Positions 10,252-19,646 of a stretch of DNA of 53,941 nucleotides are shown here, piece after piece. Each line of letters begins with the position of its first letter. Position 1 is the first letter of the stretch. A program made the position numbers and the translations under genes. Origin of the DNA: a virus. Its lineage: Duplodnaviria > Caudoviricetes. Location: IMG/VR virus record IMGVR_UViG_3300024275_000010, positions 1-53,941 of that record; one strand, written 5' to 3'. The notes beneath the pieces are model-generated. The model was not told the DNA's origin. It did no database searches and saw only the letters and a program-made list of their open reading frames with translations.

Positions 10252-11025
10252 ATGATTAGGCTAGATCCCAAGCGGTCAGACGAACGACGGGCACTGGCTC
10301 ACGATTGGGCACCGTTCCTGGGCACGGACACAATTTCGTCTCAGACCACTACCAGCACTGATCTTACCATCATCTCCTCGTCCATCGTTGGTGGACCTGG
10401 TGGCAGTCAGGTGCGCTTCACAATTGATGGCGGCGTGGACGGTGAAACCGCTGAGATCGTGCAGAAGATCGTCACCGGCGGCGGCGATCACGAAACTGAA
10501 ATATTCTTGGTAGATATCAATGATGTAGAGCTGTTGTCTCTTGGTCAAGTTAAGGAATATTTGGGGGTGTTCACCAGCGACAAGGACCGCTCCTTGATGC
10601 AGATGATCACCAGGGCACGCAATTGGATTGAGGACCACAATGGCATAGCCTTGGTGCGGCGACAGTTCACCGAGCGATTGTTGCCCAACAGCAATGGCAT
10701 AATCCGTTTGGGCAAGGGTCCGTTGATCACCGTTGACAGCGTGGATTATCTTGACAGTGCCAGCCTTGCAGCAACACTCACTCCTACTGCTTATCCACCC
10801 AGCACGGAGATCTTCAATGTCGGGGGCTGGCCTGGCGTAGCTTACAATGAGAAGTTTGAGATCGCCTACACTTCTGGCATTGATGAGAAGAGTGTGGATG
10901 ACCGGTTGATCGGGGGGATGCTGTCACTGATTGAAGGGGAATTCTCGGAAGGCTATGCCTACCCTGACCGGTCCATCCAGGCTGCCAAGAATTGCTGTGC
11001 TTATCTGCAGGCGATGGTGGCGTGA
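10252..11025 (+). CDS. head-tail connector (gp6-like) with extra N-terminal domain
   Basis: LSLGQVKEYL...D...MITRARNWIE pattern preceded by a ~90-aa domain beginning LDPKRSDE; GAGGTG RBS. Confidence 0.75.
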   Translation: MIRLDPKRSDERRALAHDWAPFLGTDTISSQTTTSTDLTIISSSIVGGPGGSQVRFTIDGGVDGETAEIVQKIVTGGGDHETEIFLVDINDVELLSLGQVKEYLGVFTSDKDRSLMQMITRARNWIEDHNGIALVRRQFTERLLPNSNGIIRLGKGPLITVDSVDYLDSASLAATLTPTAYPPSTEIFNVGGWPGVAYNEKFEIAYTSGIDEKSVDDRLIGGMLSLIEGEFSEGYAYPDRSIQAAKNCCAYLQAMVA

Positions 11026-11354
11026 TCAGAGGGGCATTTGACCGATTGATAATCGTCCAGCACGCCACCGCCACTACCGATGATCATGGCGGGGAAGAGC
11101 TTACCTGGACGGAACTCGAGAAGGCTTATGCCAGGGTGAGGTTCGGTCTGGCGGATGAGAAGCGCCAAGCAGCCCAGGAGTCAGCTTCACAGAGCGCAAC
11201 ATTCGAGGTCGCACCGACCAGCACCTTGCTGACGGTGAGTCTGAAAGATAGGATTCAGTTTGATAATGACAATTGGGACATAGTTGAGGTTGCCCCATTG
11301 GCCCGCAATTTGTTGAGGTTCACTGCACTGAGGAGCAAGGGTGATGAGAGTTAA
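11022..11354 (+). CDS. head-tail adaptor (SPP1 gp16-like)
   Basis: DRLI..Q....DDHGG...W, DRI.FD...WDI..V pattern; GTGA overlap. Confidence 0.8.
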   Translation: MIRGAFDRLIIVQHATATTDDHGGEELTWTELEKAYARVRFGLADEKRQAAQESASQSATFEVAPTSTLLTVSLKDRIQFDNDNWDIVEVAPLARNLLRFTALRSKGDES

Positions 11355-11511
11355 GTCTTTGGTGGATCATTCCAATGATTATGGCGTGCGGGATGGTGGC
11401 TCTTATGACAAGAAGAAGGGCACCGTCTATGAGATCGCTGAAGAAGCGGACGCCCAGGTCTTGATTGATGCAGGCTTGGTCGAGAAGGAAAAGGCTGCAG
11501 CCAAGGAATGA
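11344..11511 (+). CDS. 55-aa neck-region protein (below ORF-track cutoff)
   Basis: MRVKSLVDHSNDYG...GTVYEIAEEADAQVLIDAGLVEKEKAAAKE; AGGAG RBS; fills the gap with overlaps on both sides. Confidence 0.65.
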   Translation: MRVKSLVDHSNDYGVRDGGSYDKKKGTVYEIAEEADAQVLIDAGLVEKEKAAAKE

Positions 11512-11966
11512 CAGTCACTGTCAAAGTCGAAGGTCTGAGGGAGCTTGACTTTGCCTTGAGCGAATTGCCCAAGGCCACAGCCAGAAATTCCCTGCAGCGC
11601 AATCTTAAGAAGGGTGCTGTCAAGGTGCAGGAGGCTTGGGAGCCAAAGGTGCCGGTGCTCACTGGTCGCCTTAAGCATTCGATCGTCGTAGGTCCGAGCA
11701 GCAAGCTCACCCCGCGCCAGAAGAAGGATGCAAAGAAAGAGGGCAAGTATTTTGCAGAGATGCACGTCGGCACTGCTGATCCGGCCGGAATTCAAACCGA
11801 GTTCGGCAATGTCCACCAGGCGGCGGAGCCAGCGGGCAGACCTGCTTGGGACGCGACCAAGGACACAGTGCTGGCGGATTTTGGTCATGACATGTGGACA
11901 GACATAGACAAAGTTAGAGCCAGGGTCGCCCGCAAGGCTGCAAGGCTAGCATCTTCAGGGGAATGA
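11508..11966 (+). CDS. HK97 gp10-like tail-completion protein
   Basis: VEGLREL, PVLTGRLKHSI, EFG...AAEP..RPAWD. Confidence 0.85.
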   Translation: MTVTVKVEGLRELDFALSELPKATARNSLQRNLKKGAVKVQEAWEPKVPVLTGRLKHSIVVGPSSKLTPRQKKDAKKEGKYFAEMHVGTADPAGIQTEFGNVHQAAEPAGRPAWDATKDTVLADFGHDMWTDIDKVRARVARKAARLASSGE

Positions 11967-11967
11967 A

Positions 11968-12366
11968 GTGGATTGGAAAGCGGCGCTGAGAGCCAGACTC
12001 ATTGACGACGGCTCTGTCGCAGCGATTGCGGACAATAGGGTGACATGGGTTGATCGTCCTCAGCTTTCCGCTTTGCCAGCGATCACTTTGCAAGTCGTGA
12101 CTGAGGACAGACCACAGAGCATGTCTGGGTTCTTGGGCCTTGATAGGGACACAGTGCAGGTCGATGTCTGGGGCGACAGCGACAAGGCAGTTTATGATTT
12201 GCAGGAGGCTGCGATTGCTGCGGTCATTGGTGTGAGCAATGCCAACGGCATCAAATTTGAAAGGGCATTCATAGACACGGTTCGTGATCTCGGTGAGCGA
12301 ACCGATACCAAGTATGTTCACCGGGCATCCATTGATATGATATTCCACCATTCGGTGGCAGCCTGA
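11968..12366 (+). CDS. tail terminator (DUF3168-like)
   Basis: RPQ..LPAI, VQVDVW motifs; position before tail tube. Confidence 0.8.
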   Translation: MDWKAALRARLIDDGSVAAIADNRVTWVDRPQLSALPAITLQVVTEDRPQSMSGFLGLDRDTVQVDVWGDSDKAVYDLQEAAIAAVIGVSNANGIKFERAFIDTVRDLGERTDTKYVHRASIDMIFHHSVAA

Positions 12367-12384
12367 GAAGGAGGGCTAAAGTAA

Positions 12385-12813
12385 ATGACCACAAACGCTA
12401 AGATTGGCTATGGCGCAACCGTCAAGATGGGCAACCCATCTACGCTTCTCGCCTTGGGTGAGATGATTGCGGTTTCGCTACCCAACTCCCAGCAAGCTGA
12501 GGTCGAGGCAACTCACTTTGGCTCGCCCAACCGTCGTCGTGAATTCATTGCTGGTCTGATTGATGATGGCGAAGGCTCATTTGAAATGAATCTTGACCCT
12601 GGCAGCACGACCGATGCGGCAATCCGGACGGCACTTACCGACGGCATTGCCAGGCCGTACGAAATCCAGATCCCCACGACTTCCGGCACCTGGAAGGTCA
12701 CAGGCAACTGGATTGTGCGTGGCTATGAGCGCAAGGTCCCCATTGACGACCGCATGACCGCTACACTTACGGTCCGGTTCACCGGCTCGGCAACTGAGGC
12801 GGTTGGTCCTTAA
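12385..12813 (+). CDS. major tail tube protein
   Basis: VEATHFGSP..REFIAGLIDDGE motif; AGGAGG RBS. Confidence 0.85.
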   Translation: MTTNAKIGYGATVKMGNPSTLLALGEMIAVSLPNSQQAEVEATHFGSPNRRREFIAGLIDDGEGSFEMNLDPGSTTDAAIRTALTDGIARPYEIQIPTTSGTWKVTGNWIVRGYERKVPIDDRMTATLTVRFTGSATEAVGP

Positions 12814-12814
12814 T

Positions 12815-13204
12815 ATGAGAGCCTTCTTCAATGAGGCTGACGTAGAGATCGCCGACAAGGAAGTCTTGCACCTGGTGCTGGATTTCCGGGCGATTGACGT
12901 CATCGAGAGCCTCACAGGCCAGTCAATGGATGTCGTTCTCAAGCAGCTGTTCAACCCTCCCCACAGCCTGGCTGCCAAGATGCTTTGGGCGATGCTGCGT
13001 GAGCGGCATGATGGTATCTCGCTAGACCAGGCGATGGGGGTGGTGGCAGACAGTAAGTACGGACCAAAGGTCGGTGCCACGATGGGCCTTCTCTTGAACC
13101 GAGCGTATGATCTCGGGGAAGCGAAGGACGAAAACCCTCGGAAGCGGTCTGGTCGGTCGAAGAGTTCCGCAGAGAGTGGATTGCAGCCGGTTTCCGGCCA
13201 ATAG
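12815..13204 (+). CDS. tail assembly chaperone (gpG-like)
   Basis: Between tube and tape measure; contains in-frame slippery heptamer at 13132-13138. Confidence 0.75.
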   Translation: MRAFFNEADVEIADKEVLHLVLDFRAIDVIESLTGQSMDVVLKQLFNPPHSLAAKMLWAMLRERHDGISLDQAMGVVADSKYGPKVGATMGLLLNRAYDLGEAKDENPRKRSGRSKSSAESGLQPVSGQ

Positions 13205-13467
13205 ACTTCTGGAAGGAAACTCCTCGCTCTTTTGTTAACGCAATGGAGGGAGCCGCCCTGGCCGCAGAACGACGGCAAGAATTTGAATATAAGTTGGCCC
13301 ACAGCAATGCTGCTTGGGTGGGAGCAGCCTTTGCGGGCAAGCTTAAGCGGTTTGATGCCTACAAAGCACCTGAGCCCTTGAGGCATCAAAGCGGCGACGA
13401 GATGATTGCCAATCTTAGGCAGCTCAAGGAGATGGGGGCACCAATGTCGATTGAGGAGGTCAATTAG
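13132..13467 (+). CDS. -1 frameshift extension of tail chaperone (gpGT-like)
   Basis: A AAC CCT fits X XXY YYZ; the -1 frame is open (EWIAAGFRPIDFWKETPR) into ORF 13243-13467. Confidence 0.7.
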   Translation, partial: KPSEAVWSVEEFRREWIAAGFRPIDFWKETPRSFVNAMEGAALAAERRQEFEYKLAHSNAAWVGAAFAGKLKRFDAYKAPEPLRHQSGDEMIANLRQLKEMGAPMSIEEVN

Positions 13468-15663
13468 ATGTCGGCATTGATTGGTGCTCTGCGGGTAAGC
13501 CTTTCTGCGGACACCGCCAATTTTGAAAAGGGGATGAAGCGAGCGGAGAGCGTTACCGCCTCTTCTGCTTCGGGCATCACTCGTACTCTTGGATCCCTCA
13601 AAGGAGCCATCGCCGGTTTCACCGCTGCCCTGACTGTGGGTGCTTTCATTCAGGCGGGCAAGCAAGCCCTTGAGTATGCCAGCCATCTGACCGAGCTAGC
13701 AGAGACCTTGGGCGTCACATCTCACGACCTCCAGACATTCAGCTATGCTGCTGGTCAGGTCGGCATCAGCCAGGAGGATCTTCAGCGAGGGCTTCAGAAA
13801 CTCACCGTCAGCATCGGCCAAGCACAGCTGGGGGCAGAGAAGCAGATCAAGGCGTTTCAAGCTCTTGGAATCACCGTTGATGAGCTCAAGGGCAAGAACT
13901 CTGGTCAGATTTTCCAGGCGATGGCTGACAAGCTTCAAACCGTCACAGACAGGTCCCAAAGAGCGGCTGTTGAAGTGGCGATCTTTGGCAAAGCTGGGGC
14001 TAAGCTGGACAATCTCCTTTCAGGGGCTGAGGGGAAACTTTCTGACTTAGCTGCTGCTGCAGAAGAACTTGGGATAGTGCTCAGCAATGAGCAGATCGCC
14101 AATGCGGACCGCACAGCGGACAAGCTGGCGGCGCTGAAGAATGTTTTGTCGGCGAACATTGCCAGTGCGGTGGCCGACAATGCGGACGCGATTTACCTCT
14201 TGGCAAATGCTCTGATCAAGTTGGTCAGCATCATCCCCCAGGCGATCAAGGGCTGGGGCCTTTTCATCAGCTACTTCAATGCAGCTGGCGGAGCAATCGC
14301 TCATGATATCGGCTCTGGCTTTCACGGAGGAACATTCGTCAATCCTCTGACTGCGATGAAGGATGCGGCCGCAGCTAGGAACAATGCTTCTCTAGCCGCC
14401 AGGTTCTCTGGCGACAGAGCGGCCATGCTTGCCTCCAAGTCTGCAGGGGTCAACCTTCCTGATTTTCTAGCCCCAAAGGGTGGCGGTGCCAAGAAGGCTA
14501 AAGAAGACCACACAGCTGAAAAGATCTTGCGAGAGAATTACCAGTTCAATCAGGATCTGAACCGTGCCCAGCAGGATGTGCTTCAAGCCCAGCAGGACTT
14601 GTCAACTGATTATGTTGAGCGGACCACCCTTAGCATCAAGATTAAGAACAAGGAAAAAGAGGCCTATGAGGCGGAGCTGAATTACAATGTCGCTCTGAAC
14701 AAGCTGACTGAAGGCAAGGAGGGCATGACAGAAACCCAGGCCGATCAGCTGCGTACCCAATTCAATATTAAGGATAGTCTTGAGCGGCAGAAGATTTTGC
14801 AGGATGAGACGGAGCAGCGCCAGAAAGACGTTCAGGACCTCACTCAGAAGGATTTCGAGCGGAAGAAAGATGTTCTTGATAGCCAGGCTCAGCTGGCAGA
14901 GACAGCGTCTGAGCGACGGAAAGTTGAGCTCCAGATCCTTGAGCTGGCCTATGAACAAAAGCGCCAGGCGCTGCAGGACATTATCGATCACGGCAAGGAC
15001 GATGCAGCTAAGGAAAATGCGCGGCGCGATCTCAACAATCTGAATAAGACATTCGCCAATGACCGGCAAGGGGTCATCAAAGGCACTCGTGGACCGCTTG
15101 AAGAGTGGGCTGCCAGCATCCCAGACACCGCCGACAAGATCAATGAGGCTCTGCAGTCAATTGAGGTAGAAGGACTTGATGGTCTGGTTGATGCAATCAC
15201 AGAGGTGATCGGCGGTACCAAGAAGCTTAAGGATGCTTTTGGAGACTTGGCTAAGTCCGTGGTTTCGGACATCTTGAAGATGTCGCTCAAGATGCTGGTC
15301 TTCCGGGGATTGACCGCAATCTTTGGCGGCTCCATCCCTGCTCCTGGTGGGTCCATCAATGTCACCAACACAAGCCTACCAGGCTTTGCCGGTGGCGGCG
15401 GATTCACCATTGGCGGGTTAGGGGGAACCGATCGGAATGTTCTCTCGATCAATGGCATACCCATGAGTAGGGTTTCCCACGGTGAACGGGTCAACATCAC
15501 CCGCGATGGAGCAAACGATGGTGGAGCGACTATCATCAATCAGCACTTTGCCCCCAACTTTGCTGGCAATGCCGCCACCAAGCAAGACCTGATCACGATG
15601 GGCCAGATCACTAAGGAGCAGACAATTGCCGCCTTGAAGGACAGAAGTAGGCGTATGCCGTGA
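13468..15663 (+). CDS. tape measure protein
   Basis: IGALRVSLSADTANF N-terminus; long Ala/Leu/Lys-rich helical body; C-terminal FAGGG..G.GG.D motif. Confidence 0.92.
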   Translation: MSALIGALRVSLSADTANFEKGMKRAESVTASSASGITRTLGSLKGAIAGFTAALTVGAFIQAGKQALEYASHLTELAETLGVTSHDLQTFSYAAGQVGISQEDLQRGLQKLTVSIGQAQLGAEKQIKAFQALGITVDELKGKNSGQIFQAMADKLQTVTDRSQRAAVEVAIFGKAGAKLDNLLSGAEGKLSDLAAAAEELGIVLSNEQIANADRTADKLAALKNVLSANIASAVADNADAIYLLANALIKLVSIIPQAIKGWGLFISYFNAAGGAIAHDIGSGFHGGTFVNPLTAMKDAAAARNNASLAARFSGDRAAMLASKSAGVNLPDFLAPKGGGAKKAKEDHTAEKILRENYQFNQDLNRAQQDVLQAQQDLSTDYVERTTLSIKIKNKEKEAYEAELNYNVALNKLTEGKEGMTETQADQLRTQFNIKDSLERQKILQDETEQRQKDVQDLTQKDFERKKDVLDSQAQLAETASERRKVELQILELAYEQKRQALQDIIDHGKDDAAKENARRDLNNLNKTFANDRQGVIKGTRGPLEEWAASIPDTADKINEALQSIEVEGLDGLVDAITEVIGGTKKLKDAFGDLAKSVVSDILKMSLKMLVFRGLTAIFGGSIPAPGGSINVTNTSLPGFAGGGGFTIGGLGGTDRNVLSINGIPMSRVSHGERVNITRDGANDGGATIINQHFAPNFAGNAATKQDLITMGQITKEQTIAALKDRSRRMP

Positions 15664-16316
15664 GCAGAGATCTCCCTGCCCCATTAGAAGCCGATATTGA
15701 GCAACCGGTAGTCAGGCCATTCTTGGCAATGCTGATAGACCTGCCCGATCCGGTTTATGTATGGACGGGGGTTGGTACCTTGACCTTTAATGATGGGTCG
15801 GGGGTATCAAGGAACTGGATTGGCGCGGGCGCCATTGGGGCCATTGATTCTATCGGAGAAGCGACCGATGGCGGTGCCACAGGCATCAAGGCTACGTTGT
15901 TCCAGATCCCTGCTGAGTTCAGGGACGACATTGCGGACCAGGCGGTGCGTGGCGTCAATATGGAGCTTCATGTTGGCTCTCTCAACACGGACTTCCAGAC
16001 CATCGTAGCTACCAAGTTGATCTGGAAGGGGCGGCTGGACCAGTATAAGATTACAGACGGTGGGGACACGCTTTCCGTTGAGGTGGTCGGGGAAAGTCGA
16101 GCGATCGATCAAAGACGCCCTGCTATCAAAAGGTTCAGCGACGAATATCAGCAGCGCAAGTTCCCAGGGGATTTGTTCTTTCAATACGTGTCACAGATGA
16201 CAGAGGTGCCGATACTCTGGGCAAAGGCGGAACAAAGCGGCACCACCGTCACTGGCGGTGGCGGTTCAGGCGGCGGTGGTGGGCTGGAAGATCGCATGAA
16301 TATAAGGCTTGTCTGA
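15660..16316 (+). CDS. minor tail protein
   Basis: After tape measure; QQRKFPGDLFFQYV motif common in siphovirus minor tail proteins. Confidence 0.7.
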   Translation: MSRDLPAPLEADIEQPVVRPFLAMLIDLPDPVYVWTGVGTLTFNDGSGVSRNWIGAGAIGAIDSIGEATDGGATGIKATLFQIPAEFRDDIADQAVRGVNMELHVGSLNTDFQTIVATKLIWKGRLDQYKITDGGDTLSVEVVGESRAIDQRRPAIKRFSDEYQQRKFPGDLFFQYVSQMTEVPILWAKAEQSGTTVTGGGGSGGGGGLEDRMNIRLV

Positions 16317-16630
16317 TGGAGCCTGACTGGTCTTTCCATTGCGCTGCCTTTTCCGCCAACCAGCTCGAGAGAGATATCTGGTCAAGCCTGGGTGGCTGTC
16401 CGAAAAATTGCCGTGAGGCTGCAAAACTTTACCGTAGGCTGGGGGTGAGGAATTTGAGGGCGGCGGTGGGTAAGGTGCTGGGTCCGGAAATTTCACCTTC
16501 CCACGCCATGCGGGGTGACATTGTCATGGCGCAAAATGCGCTTGGGGTTTGCAGGGGTGAGCTGGCAGAATTCATGGACCGTATGCTGCCGATGAAAGAG
16601 GTCGTTTGCGCTTGGAGACGTAATGGGTAA
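16316..16630 (+). CDS. tail assembly protein (degenerate NlpC/P60-like)
   Basis: HCAAF, AMRGDIV, ALGVC, AWR pattern. Confidence 0.55.
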   Translation: MEPDWSFHCAAFSANQLERDIWSSLGGCPKNCREAAKLYRRLGVRNLRAAVGKVLGPEISPSHAMRGDIVMAQNALGVCRGELAEFMDRMLPMKEVVCAWRRNG

Positions 16631-18530
16631 GACTGTTGCTGCCATTGTAGGAATTGTGGCGGCTGTAGCCATTGCGGTGGTTGCCCCGTATCTTGCCCCG
16701 TTGGCTTTGAGTGCTCTGAGCATCACAGCAACAGCAACAGCGGTAGCAATTGCCACTGCGGTGATCGGTGCTGCCCTGTCAATAGGACTGATGCTGGCAT
16801 TCAGGGCTGTCGGCATAGGCAAGCCTCCAAGCGCCAAGGATGCAGTTGGACCACCAATTGTTTTCCGTCAATCGATATCGAACAGCTTTATCATCTATGG
16901 CAAGCGTCGGGTTGGCGGATTGTTGGTGTTCTTTCACCCACGTCAATCCGGCTCTGACCACTACCGCTACTTTGTCATCGCTTGTGCCGGACACCGCTGC
17001 AAAGGCGTGGTCACCTGGATGCTCGGCGATGAGACGGTCACAGTTGGGTCCATCAGTGGAGGCTTGGCGCCTGTCACAAGTGGAAAATATGCGGGTGCCG
17101 CCTGGTTAGGGTTTCAACGGGGATTGGCGTCTGAGACTGCCAATGCTACCTTTGTAGCTGAGTGCGGAGGCAAGTGGACCTCTGCACACAAGGGCAATGG
17201 CACCGCCGCTATCTATGCTAAGTTCAAGATGACGGACGGTGTTATCCAGGCGGGAATGCCGAACATCACCGCCATAATCGAGGGCAGGGACGAGATATTA
17301 GACACGCGGGATGCCACACTGAAATACACCCGCAACGCTGCCTTGATCGCTTATGATTGGATGTCAATTCCTCGGGAAGAAGGGGGCTTTGGGGCGTACG
17401 CTGATGAGATCCCGGAAGACGCCTACATCAATGCCCAAGCCAATGTTTGCGATGAAGCCATTGACGGTGATCCGCGCTACGCCTTTGATGCGATACTGAC
17501 GACGGGCGCTGCACCCTCGGAAGTGCGGGATGCATTCATCGTCAATATGGCCGGCACTTATTCTTATTCGTCCGGCAAGCATTTGATTCGTCCCGGCTAT
17601 TGGGTGCCGGCAAGTGTGACGCTCAGTGAGGACGATTTGGCAGGGGCAATCCAGGTCTCTCCATTCTTCACTTCTGATACCACTGCCAATGAAGTCCAGG
17701 GCACCTATATCAGCCCAGAAGATGGCTACCAGGCAAAGGCCCTGGCGACGCAATCCGTGGGCTCTTCAGACATTCGGCAGATTGAAATTGACCTAGCTTT
17801 TACCACGAATTTCCATCAAGGTAATAGAGTTCTTAAGATCATGCTGAACAGGGCCCAATGTGAAAAGAGTGTGGTGTGGCCTATGAACATCATGGGCCTG
17901 GGCACAGAAGCGATGGACACTGTGGTCTGCGACACGGACCGTTACAGCCTCAGCAATTATGCATTTACAGTGGCCAATTGGTCCTTGTCTGCGGATTGGG
18001 GTGTGGTTCTGCAGATGCGGGAAGAGAATGCCGAGATCTATGACGATCCCACGCCGGTCACCCCATCAACCCCACCAACCATTGATGTTGCGCCGCCGAT
18101 CGGCACTACGACCGAAACATCACAGCTGATCGCTACATCGTCGGTCACCGGTCTGACCTTTTCCGTCAATACTTCCGGCGTGTTCAACATCAGCAATCAT
18201 TTCCGGGTGTACGCAGATAAATCGGTCAGCGTCACCGGCAATGCTTCATTCTCTACAGGTGGCGCTGCGGGCGACGTTGTGCTGGTTTATTATGATGACC
18301 CCGCCAGGGCCGGTGGAGCGGTAACCTATCATGCCCTTGTCATTGCTGGTGGCGTGGGCGACGCCAGTGGGGCTTATCCTTCTCCTACCAATCCGTATCG
18401 CCATTACGTTTGCGGAGCTACGGTTCCTGCTTCCGGCACCACTGGTGGGGGTTCGGGCGCTGGTGGCGGCGGTGGTACTGGCGGTGGCGGCGGAATTGGC
18501 GGTGGTCCTGGCATTGGAGATCTGCCATGA
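16623..18530 (+). CDS. tail tip / central tail hub protein
   Basis: Hydrophobic N-terminus, IIYGKRRVGG, PNITAIIEG, RNAALIAYD motifs. Confidence 0.8.
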   Translation: MGKTVAAIVGIVAAVAIAVVAPYLAPLALSALSITATATAVAIATAVIGAALSIGLMLAFRAVGIGKPPSAKDAVGPPIVFRQSISNSFIIYGKRRVGGLLVFFHPRQSGSDHYRYFVIACAGHRCKGVVTWMLGDETVTVGSISGGLAPVTSGKYAGAAWLGFQRGLASETANATFVAECGGKWTSAHKGNGTAAIYAKFKMTDGVIQAGMPNITAIIEGRDEILDTRDATLKYTRNAALIAYDWMSIPREEGGFGAYADEIPEDAYINAQANVCDEAIDGDPRYAFDAILTTGAAPSEVRDAFIVNMAGTYSYSSGKHLIRPGYWVPASVTLSEDDLAGAIQVSPFFTSDTTANEVQGTYISPEDGYQAKALATQSVGSSDIRQIEIDLAFTTNFHQGNRVLKIMLNRAQCEKSVVWPMNIMGLGTEAMDTVVCDTDRYSLSNYAFTVANWSLSADWGVVLQMREENAEIYDDPTPVTPSTPPTIDVAPPIGTTTETSQLIATSSVTGLTFSVNTSGVFNISNHFRVYADKSVSVTGNASFSTGGAAGDVVLVYYDDPARAGGAVTYHALVIAGGVGDASGAYPSPTNPYRHYVCGATVPASGTTGGGSGAGGGGGTGGGGGIGGGPGIGDLP

Positions 18531-19162
18531 CCGATTACACTTGGCCCGTTGATCTCATACCGTACGCCCAGACGTTCTATCTTCAGCCACATACAGGTGG
18601 CACGGAAAGTCCGTTCAGTCGCCAGACCAAAGTGTACGGATTGTCAGCTCCCAGGTGGGTTTGCTCCGTGATTTTCCGTGGTGGGTATAATGGCTTGCGG
18701 GACCAGGCAGCTTATGGTCCCAGACTTGACGCATTGCTAGCCAGGCTCAAGGGCAGACAGAATAGGGTTGCACTTTGGGACTTTCGTAGGCCGGTGTTCC
18801 GTGGTGGAGTGCCTTTGGGCATTGGCAATGTGGCAGCTTCGGCTGGTGCAAGCATCATCACCTTTACCGGCCTGGCTCCAGGCACCAAGATTTACAATGG
18901 TGATTATTTTGGGGGCGACGGTCGTCCTCATATCATCTCTTCGGGCTTGTTTGAATCAATTGCCACGGTGGCGGACGCTTCTGGCAATGCCACAGTCACT
19001 TTTGAGCCTCCGCTTGCAGCTAACATTGGCACCAATGCGGTGATCTTTGAACGGGCACCTGGATGGTTCAGAATCACAGACGATGATGCGGGCGGCACCA
19101 ATGGAGTTGAGGTCGGCACAGCAGTTGATATGAAGCTAGATTTTGTTGAAGACCTAACGTAG
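18527..19162 (+). CDS. distal-tail-like minor tail protein
   Basis: GGAG RBS and ATGA overlap; SPFS.Q..., ALLARLKG, FEPPL, FVE end. Confidence 0.65.
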   Translation: MTDYTWPVDLIPYAQTFYLQPHTGGTESPFSRQTKVYGLSAPRWVCSVIFRGGYNGLRDQAAYGPRLDALLARLKGRQNRVALWDFRRPVFRGGVPLGIGNVAASAGASIITFTGLAPGTKIYNGDYFGGDGRPHIISSGLFESIATVADASGNATVTFEPPLAANIGTNAVIFERAPGWFRITDDDAGGTNGVEVGTAVDMKLDFVEDLT

Positions 19163-19178
19163 GCTTGAGAGGGACATT

Positions 19179-19646
19179 ATGCGGTCACCTGTCTATTATG
19201 ATATCTGGGGCGATCGCGGTGTTGCCTTGAAAGAGAAGATCTCGATCGTAGGGCGAGATTTCACAGGGGCATCTTTCAGGGCGCAAGTGCGACTGTTCGC
19301 GGACGCTCCTGGCGCACCCTTGATCACCCCAACAGTGGCACTGACTTATGGCGGCACGGACACCGTAGCCAATCACATCACCGCAGGCCGTCTCACCAAG
19401 GACGTTTACAATTACATAAATGTCTCAACGGATGCCAAGTTCCAGCCCACGGATTCTGTGCCGATGAGCTTGATCGAGGTATCTGTTCCGGCAGCAAGCA
19501 TGGTTTCCCCTGGGGTGCCGGCAGCCGATGAGCTGGGGGACGACAGGCCTATGTATTGGGACTTGCTGATTGACCCCACAGGCGCGGAGCTTGAGGACAA
19601 ATGGGTATATGGTAAGTTCGTTGTTCGAGGGACTGTGACCGCATGA
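19179..19646 (+). CDS. tail fibre adaptor (BppU-N-like)
   Basis: DFTGASFRAQVR ... YWDLLI ... YGKFVV pattern. Confidence 0.55.
   Translation: MRSPVYYDIWGDRGVALKEKISIVGRDFTGASFRAQVRLFADAPGAPLITPTVALTYGGTDTVANHITAGRLTKDVYNYINVSTDAKFQPTDSVPMSLIEVSVPAASMVSPGVPAADELGDDRPMYWDLLIDPTGAELEDKWVYGKFVVRGTVTA

Noticed and set aside
12577-13686. 369-aa minus-strand ORF across the tail genes
   Set aside because: Antisense to well-supported tail genes, with no motifs
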